Source: a virus. Taken from it: 64,000 nt of DNA. Below are positions 59,087 through 64,000 of the stretch, piece by piece. Where the stretch lies: positions 25,821-89,820 of the IMG/VR virus record IMGVR_UViG_3300009414_000001; one strand, written 5' to 3'. The notes beneath the pieces were generated by a model, which had not been told where the DNA came from, searched no databases, and saw only the letters and a list, made by a program, of their open reading frames with translations. A program made the translations under genes and the position numbers. Numbering within the stretch: the stretch's first letter is position 1; the number at the start of each line of letters is the position of its first letter.

Positions 59087-59288
59087 GCCTTTTTTGTATC
59101 AATTTGAGACTTTCTTTTTTAGATAGTAAATCAATTGTTTCAGCACCATAAGCAACAGGCTTACTAACGGGTCTATCACCACTAGCAAACTTAAAACCGT
59201 TAGCTCTTGAAGTGCCTAGCACTTTTGCCGCTTGCTCAATGGTAAGACTGTATTTTTCAGCCCATGCGTTAAACTCTTCTTTAGTCAT
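59079..59288 (-). CDS. small XRE/Cro-like HTH regulator
   Basis: MTKEEFNAW...LTIEQAAKVLGTSR...FASGDRPV. Confidence 0.75.
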   Translation of the reverse strand: MTKEEFNAWAEKYSLTIEQAAKVLGTSRANGFKFASGDRPVSKPVAYGAETIDLLSKKESLKLIQKRLA

Positions 59289-60066
59289 TTTTTGGCTTTC
59301 TGCCTCTTTTCTTTGGCTTCGGAAACATTTCTTTAGCGCATTTTCTAATGTGGTTAAAATCAACGTCTGTATAGTCGCGTTGGCTTTTAATGTCCCTATG
59401 ATGTAATAAATTTTGCACTATAGGATCAGTGTCTAATTCTTTTCTATTTAGTAGCTTCTGAGCAAGTCTAGCCATACTATGCCGCCCAGTGTGCGAACTT
59501 GAATTACTAAAGCCATAATTTTTATAAAGCTTACTAAGTAGGTTTTGCACTGCCGTAGCAACAAGGTAATTTTTGCCCTTGCTCACTTTTTTGGTTAATG
59601 AGAAATTTTGCCAAGTACCGCGCCAATTACTCAGAAATACATGGCTTTCAGGATCTAAGCCTCTGTATTGCTCGTCACCATCTTTATTTAGCTTAATACA
59701 GTGCTTAACGCGATAATCTAGCCACCTGTTAACGTATTCTCGCTGTTCATCTATGACAATAGGGGCAATGGCAGGGTATTTACCTTTTGTGGCTTCTGCT
59801 CGCAATCTGGTTAAGTGTACTAGCGAACCATCAGGATAAAGCGCCTCTTTTACTTTCCATTGGCTAACCTCGATAGCACGAAAACAACTACCGTAACTCA
59901 TCCAAAGCATTGCTTGGTTACGCGCACAAATAAGCGCATCTAAACGCTCATTATCAATACGTTCAACTAAATCAATGAATTCATCAGGGCTTAGCGTTTC
60001 AGGCTGTTTAACTGTGCGTAAATCTGGCACATTCCACACCCATTTAACTTGTAATTCTTCGCTCAT
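59281..60066 (-). CDS. tyrosine recombinase
   Basis: RNQAML, FRAIEV, TKGK, SSHTGR, LLHH, RDY. Confidence 0.85.
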   Translation of the reverse strand: MSEELQVKWVWNVPDLRTVKQPETLSPDEFIDLVERIDNERLDALICARNQAMLWMSYGSCFRAIEVSQWKVKEALYPDGSLVHLTRLRAEATKGKYPAIAPIVIDEQREYVNRWLDYRVKHCIKLNKDGDEQYRGLDPESHVFLSNWRGTWQNFSLTKKVSKGKNYLVATAVQNLLSKLYKNYGFSNSSSHTGRHSMARLAQKLLNRKELDTDPIVQNLLHHRDIKSQRDYTDVDFNHIRKCAKEMFPKPKKRGRKPKND

Positions 60067-60213
60067 AAAACCTAATTGGAAATAATCATTTCCTATACGA
60101 TAGCACAAAAAGAAAACAATACGCTATAAGTATTGTTTTTATTGGGGTGATAGGAAACGTGCAAGGGGAATTAATCAACAGACATAAAAAAGGCCGCAAT
60201 AGCGACCTTACTT

Positions 60214-60592
60214 TTAATAATTCCCTCTACCGTATTTTTTAACCGCCCAGTACATTTTTCTTGCTTTGGACTTCTTAACGCCGCATCGACGCAGATTTTT
60301 ATAAAAGAGTAGATCAGCCCATTCTTTCGTCTTGAGCGCCAAATCATAACAACGATCATGCACCCACGCCGCAATCCACCCCTTTTCTACCCGATTAACA
60401 TACCACTGCATGCCAATTGCTTGATCTTGTGGTTCGGCTAGTGCCTTCAATAGCATTGGCTAATAAAATCGCGCCTTAGGCACTGCTTAAGGCTTTATTC
60501 GTTTCATAGCAATGCACAGCAAGGGCGTTAACTTGCTTGCAAAGGTTTTCTAACTCACTGCGTTGAGCATTAAAACTTAGTGGAAATTGCAT
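60214..60592 (-). pseudogene. degraded DUF1353-like gene
   Basis: C-terminal AAWVHD..Y..ADLLF..MYWAV intact; 5' part has stops. Confidence 0.45.
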
Positions 60593-60923
60593 GTAATACA
60601 CCGTAATAAAGCTGTTTAAAACGCGCATAGTTAACAACCGCAATATACATAATCATGGCTTTGTCTTTGTTAACATTATCAATGCGTAATAAACGATAAA
60701 ACTGTATATGGGCACGAGGGTTATTTTGCTTTAAGGCAAAGTCATGCCAAATGGCAGCAGCTAACCCTTTACCAAATGGATTATGAAACCAACGCAAAAA
60801 CCAAAACAAGGTAAAGCCATCGGTTTTAAAATCTTCCGGTATTGTTCCGCATGGGGTAATTAACGGGCTTATTAATAGCGCCCAACCATTACCAATAAAT
60901 TTCAATTCAGGTTCGTTTAACAT
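60570..60923 (-). CDS. DUF1353-domain protein
   Basis: IP.DF.TDG, AAAIWHDF, MYIAV. Confidence 0.75.
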   Translation of the reverse strand: MLNEPELKFIGNGWALLISPLITPCGTIPEDFKTDGFTLFWFLRWFHNPFGKGLAAAIWHDFALKQNNPRAHIQFYRLLRIDNVNKDKAMIMYIAVVNYARFKQLYYGVLHAISTKF

Positions 60924-60931
60924 AACGGCTA

Positions 60932-61384
60932 TTACTTCAACGCTTCGGGTACTTCATTAAAAGTGGCATTTCTAAACATCACATCTAATTCATTACTGGT
61001 AAATTTTCCCGTTGCCAAAAAGTTTGGTTTTGCCGTTGGTTCATCAAGATCAAAATACTCTAGTTTATCTATACGCATTAAATCAGCCTTTAAGGCGTAA
61101 TCTCCCTGATTTGCCAAAACATCAGCCAATTGCAACAACTCAGGTAACTTTGTGCCAAGTCGTAAATACAAAGCCGCCACGGTTATTTTCCTATAAATAA
61201 CTTCTACAACAGGCACTACCACATCAAAAAAACTGTTAGTGGTTTTATTATATTTTTGACCAACAACCGCGCTGGTAAAACTCAATATTTCAATATAACC
61301 AGGCTCTATTACTTCGCTTGGGTAATCTAAAATACTTAATACAATGTTCTGCTCGTCTATTTGTGCATAATAAAAATTAGTCAT
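60932..61384 (-). CDS. tail-fibre-associated / assembly protein
   Basis: YAQIDE.NIV, VG.KY, RKIT..A...R; follows S. Confidence 0.6.
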   Translation of the reverse strand: MTNFYYAQIDEQNIVLSILDYPSEVIEPGYIEILSFTSAVVGQKYNKTTNSFFDVVVPVVEVIYRKITVAALYLRLGTKLPELLQLADVLANQGDYALKADLMRIDKLEYFDLDEPTAKPNFLATGKFTSNELDVMFRNATFNEVPEALK

Positions 61385-62249
61385 TTGTTAGTACCGTCCA
61401 GTTGACTTTAGGGTTTACTGAGTTGTGAAAACCGATCTTTTTACCGCCCTCAACTTCAACTTGTGTTGCTGAAATAAGTCGCGCAGTACCCGATATTGCA
61501 TGTGGACTACCCGAAGCAGTCAAAGAGGCCGCGCCATTTAGGTATGAGTCAATAATAAATGACTTATCCATATCAACGGCTGGAATAACAATCGTTACTT
61601 TACCCCCACCTGCAACCTCAGTAAGACCACGCGCAACTACTCTTGCAGAATTTATAAGTAACATTGCTTCATCTCCTTTGTCATAAGCCGTTTTTACTGC
61701 CGCTGAGCTTGCACTTGTTGAAGTGCTTGTTGAGGTAACACTGTTTGATATAGCCCTTACAGTATCGGTAAATTTCGCACCAAGCGGAACATTAGTTAAC
61801 ACCTGTGACGCTTTAGCAAAGCCAGCATTGAAACGGCGCGTTAAATCCATCATGCCAGCCGCAATAGTCACAGTCGCAGGCGGTATGACAAAATCAGCAA
61901 GAATTACGTGCTCAGCCGTAACGTTACCAGTAGGGATCTGCTTTACGTCAAAAGTAGTCGGTTGATTGTCAATATAAATCGCTTCAACAACAATCGTGCT
62001 ACTGCCAATCGGTAATGTTATAGTTTTAATGCCGATTGCTTGAACGGTTAATAAATATTTACCTGAACCCACTGTCGCGGTAGATTCATCACCAGCAACA
62101 CCAACATCAACCATTAAGCCGCCAGCCAATGAAACGCCGAACCCTTGTTGTATGCCTGCTGGCACAATGCCACGCAGTATACGATTAAAAGACTGGGTTA
62201 GTGCCTGAACTCGGCTAGGAACAGATACAGAAAAGTCGTCAAAATTCAT
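61377..62249 (-). CDS. short P1 gpS-like tail fibre
   Basis: NRILRGIV.AG...GF and ISNSVTST....ASS.AVK.AYD match recalled gpS constant N-terminus. Confidence 0.72.
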   Translation of the reverse strand: MNFDDFSVSVPSRVQALTQSFNRILRGIVPAGIQQGFGVSLAGGLMVDVGVAGDESTATVGSGKYLLTVQAIGIKTITLPIGSSTIVVEAIYIDNQPTTFDVKQIPTGNVTAEHVILADFVIPPATVTIAAGMMDLTRRFNAGFAKASQVLTNVPLGAKFTDTVRAISNSVTSTSTSTSASSAAVKTAYDKGDEAMLLINSARVVARGLTEVAGGGKVTIVIPAVDMDKSFIIDSYLNGAASLTASGSPHAISGTARLISATQVEVEGGKKIGFHNSVNPKVNWTVLTND

Positions 62250-62256
62250 TTATCAC

Positions 62257-62667
62257 CTATGCGCTAAGTGCATTATCGATATAGGAAGCAATTTCCAATT
62301 TGTCGACACTAGTTAAATCTAATTCGCCACCAGCAAGTATCGCTATCAACTCATCGCCTACTTTGTCGTAAAGACCAATAAGTGAGAATTTTTTTGTTTC
62401 AGAACTTCCAATTGTGCCAGCTGGCATTAAGCAATTAATTGCTGTGCGACCATTTGCATAAGCCAATACAGGCACACCTGTATGAAAGACACTAGGTAAC
62501 ACGGTTGTTGTTGATGGAATGTCAGCAATAGTGCCATCGCCATTCAAGAAGCCGTGCCCCATCCGAAAACTGCCAAATTGAAAATTCACTCCACCGTCGA
62601 GGGCGGATTTACTTCTAAGCTCGTAATACTTATCAAGTAGAATAGCTTTTGCGAATACACTAGACAT
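62257..62667 (-). CDS. P1 gpR-like tail fibre protein
   Basis: LLDKYYE.RS.SAL..G..F; synteny. Confidence 0.7.
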   Translation of the reverse strand: MSSVFAKAILLDKYYELRSKSALDGGVNFQFGSFRMGHGFLNGDGTIADIPSTTTVLPSVFHTGVPVLAYANGRTAINCLMPAGTIGSSETKKFSLIGLYDKVGDELIAILAGGELDLTSVDKLEIASYIDNALSA

Positions 62668-62735
62668 TTTTAAGCCTTTAGTTATTTTGTTAGTACAGAT
62701 TATTACACAGTACTTTTTTATTCCTAAATCAATAT

Positions 62736-63563
62736 TTAGTAAACTTCACCATATGCAGTTAATGGCGTATCCATAGGAAAAATATCAGCTGGCAAGTCAT
62801 CTAAGTGAAAGTACTCACTCTTATCCCATGTAGATGTTAGCTCTTGAAATTGGCGTGTGATCAATCTACTGGCTGTAAAAACATCTCCATCTGGCGAAGG
62901 TGGATAGTCCCTAAAAATACTCCTTACGGGTAAACCCATACTTTCAGGTACGTCAGCCATGGAATACAGCAAGTACACCTCTTCGCCATCATAAACGATA
63001 TGTATAGGCCGTAAGCCTTCGATGATTTCACGTAAAATACTGGAAAACTCAGTAAGGCTGTAACCCAGTGATAGGATATCAATCGCATTAAGCCTGACGA
63101 TACCTCTTGATGTTAAAAAGTAGTCATCTATTGACGCGCCAGCATCGTTAATTTGCAGCTCGGTTAACAGTGATGTGCCGTAAGGGTTTTGCACTAACGT
63201 AGCGTGCGCGTACAAAGGCAACCATTGCACAGAAAGCCCTTGAAATTCACGACTTAGCCTGTCCTGTATCGGTTTGAGTGTCGACTTATAATTAATATCA
63301 TCTTGACGCGCTATAATGGCGATAGCCTTATCTTTTCCGCTAAGAGTCCTATCAACATGAAAGAAAGCCCCTAAATCATCCTCTAGGAGCGCCAGATCTT
63401 CATCAGAGGCCGTGAACAATGATCGCATAGAGGTGAATTTAGTTAATACAGGCTCTAACACATTATCAACCGTCTGCTGTAATGCATTAGCCAATTGCGC
63501 CCACGACTCACTATTTTGCTTAACCGTAGATAAACGCTTTAATATCCAGTCTGTGTTACTCAT
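62736..63563 (-). CDS. P1 gp16-like baseplate/tail protein
   Basis: W...RLS..KQ.S, REF.G.SV.W.P.YA, PYGT.L, FLTSRG, P.HIV.DG. Confidence 0.8.
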   Translation of the reverse strand: MSNTDWILKRLSTVKQNSESWAQLANALQQTVDNVLEPVLTKFTSMRSLFTASDEDLALLEDDLGAFFHVDRTLSGKDKAIAIIARQDDINYKSTLKPIQDRLSREFQGLSVQWLPLYAHATLVQNPYGTSLLTELQINDAGASIDDYFLTSRGIVRLNAIDILSLGYSLTEFSSILREIIEGLRPIHIVYDGEEVYLLYSMADVPESMGLPVRSIFRDYPPSPDGDVFTASRLITRQFQELTSTWDKSEYFHLDDLPADIFPMDTPLTAYGEVY

Positions 63564-63565
63564 AA

Positions 63566-64000
63566 TTATCGCTCAATCGTTATAGTGGAAGTGGAAACAT
63601 CAATATAACGATAATCAGGTAGTTTTCTCGGCGTTGCCAGCGCAGGGATCGCTAATTCAAAATCAACCAGCAAACCCAAATCATCAACGAAGCGTGAAAA
63701 ATCCTTCGTTTTGATTTCTATCAAGTTACCACTCTCGTCGGTGCGTATTGGCGCATTCTCGCCATATTTAGCCGTGATATCAGCAGAAAGCGTAGCCTCT
63801 ATTGCTGACAAGTCCTCATGGGCAGCTACCTTGCCTGTCAGTGTGATAGGCAAAGGCACTAGGTTTACATCGATAAAGGTTAGCTTTAAATTAAAAAGCT
63901 CTTGCTCGGTAAATAAAGCTCGAATTTGCTGATGAAGTTCAGGTTGAGTAAAAACGCGAGAGTATGCACAGATAAAAACTTTATTTATATTCTCAACCAA
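63566..64000 (-). CDS. BplA-like baseplate protein, C-terminal part (truncated by window)
   Basis: INKVFI; synteny with 16-R-S. Confidence 0.6.
   Translation of the reverse strand: MVENINKVFICAYSRVFTQPELHQQIRALFTEQELFNLKLTFIDVNLVPLPITLTGKVAAHEDLSAIEATLSADITAKYGENAPIRTDESGNLIEIKTKDFSRFVDDLGLLVDFELAIPALATPRKLPDYRYIDVSTSTITIER

Noticed and set aside
60214-62249. Invertible C-segment or DGR in tail fibre region
   Set aside because: No invertase, cix-like repeats, reverse transcriptase or template/variable repeat pair seen
1-64000. tRNA, rRNA, IS elements, LexA boxes
   Set aside because: None recognised by eye; a tRNAscan/Infernal/ISfinder run would be needed to exclude them

Overview
AT-rich (about 38% GC by eye) fragment of a P1-like phage-plasmid from a probable marine gammaproteobacterium; the host assignment is inference. 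P1-family homologues recognisable from remembered sequences and synteny are c1, pacA/pacB, pro/prt, darB-ulx, lydA-lydB-hdf-darA-ddrA, and tail/baseplate bplA-16-R-S. Also present: type Ib parA plus small partner, a Rep_3 replicon with iterons and a DnaA box, a second iteron array with a distant TrfA-like initiator, dam, a CsrA-like gene, three tyrosine recombinases and two arrays of small accessory ORFs. The standout is 2495-7520, between a 13-8-13 lox-like site and the c1 region. It encodes a signal-peptide protein made of nine GSK(S/T)KR repeats, a Ser/Thr phosphatase, an ECF sigma factor and a membrane Ser/Thr kinase with a helical-repeat (TPR-like) C-terminus. This is a candidate phage-encoded peptide-sensing, kinase-ECF signalling circuit. 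Several families of dispersed cis-elements were read directly from the DNA. No searches were run; family calls come from motifs and recall.
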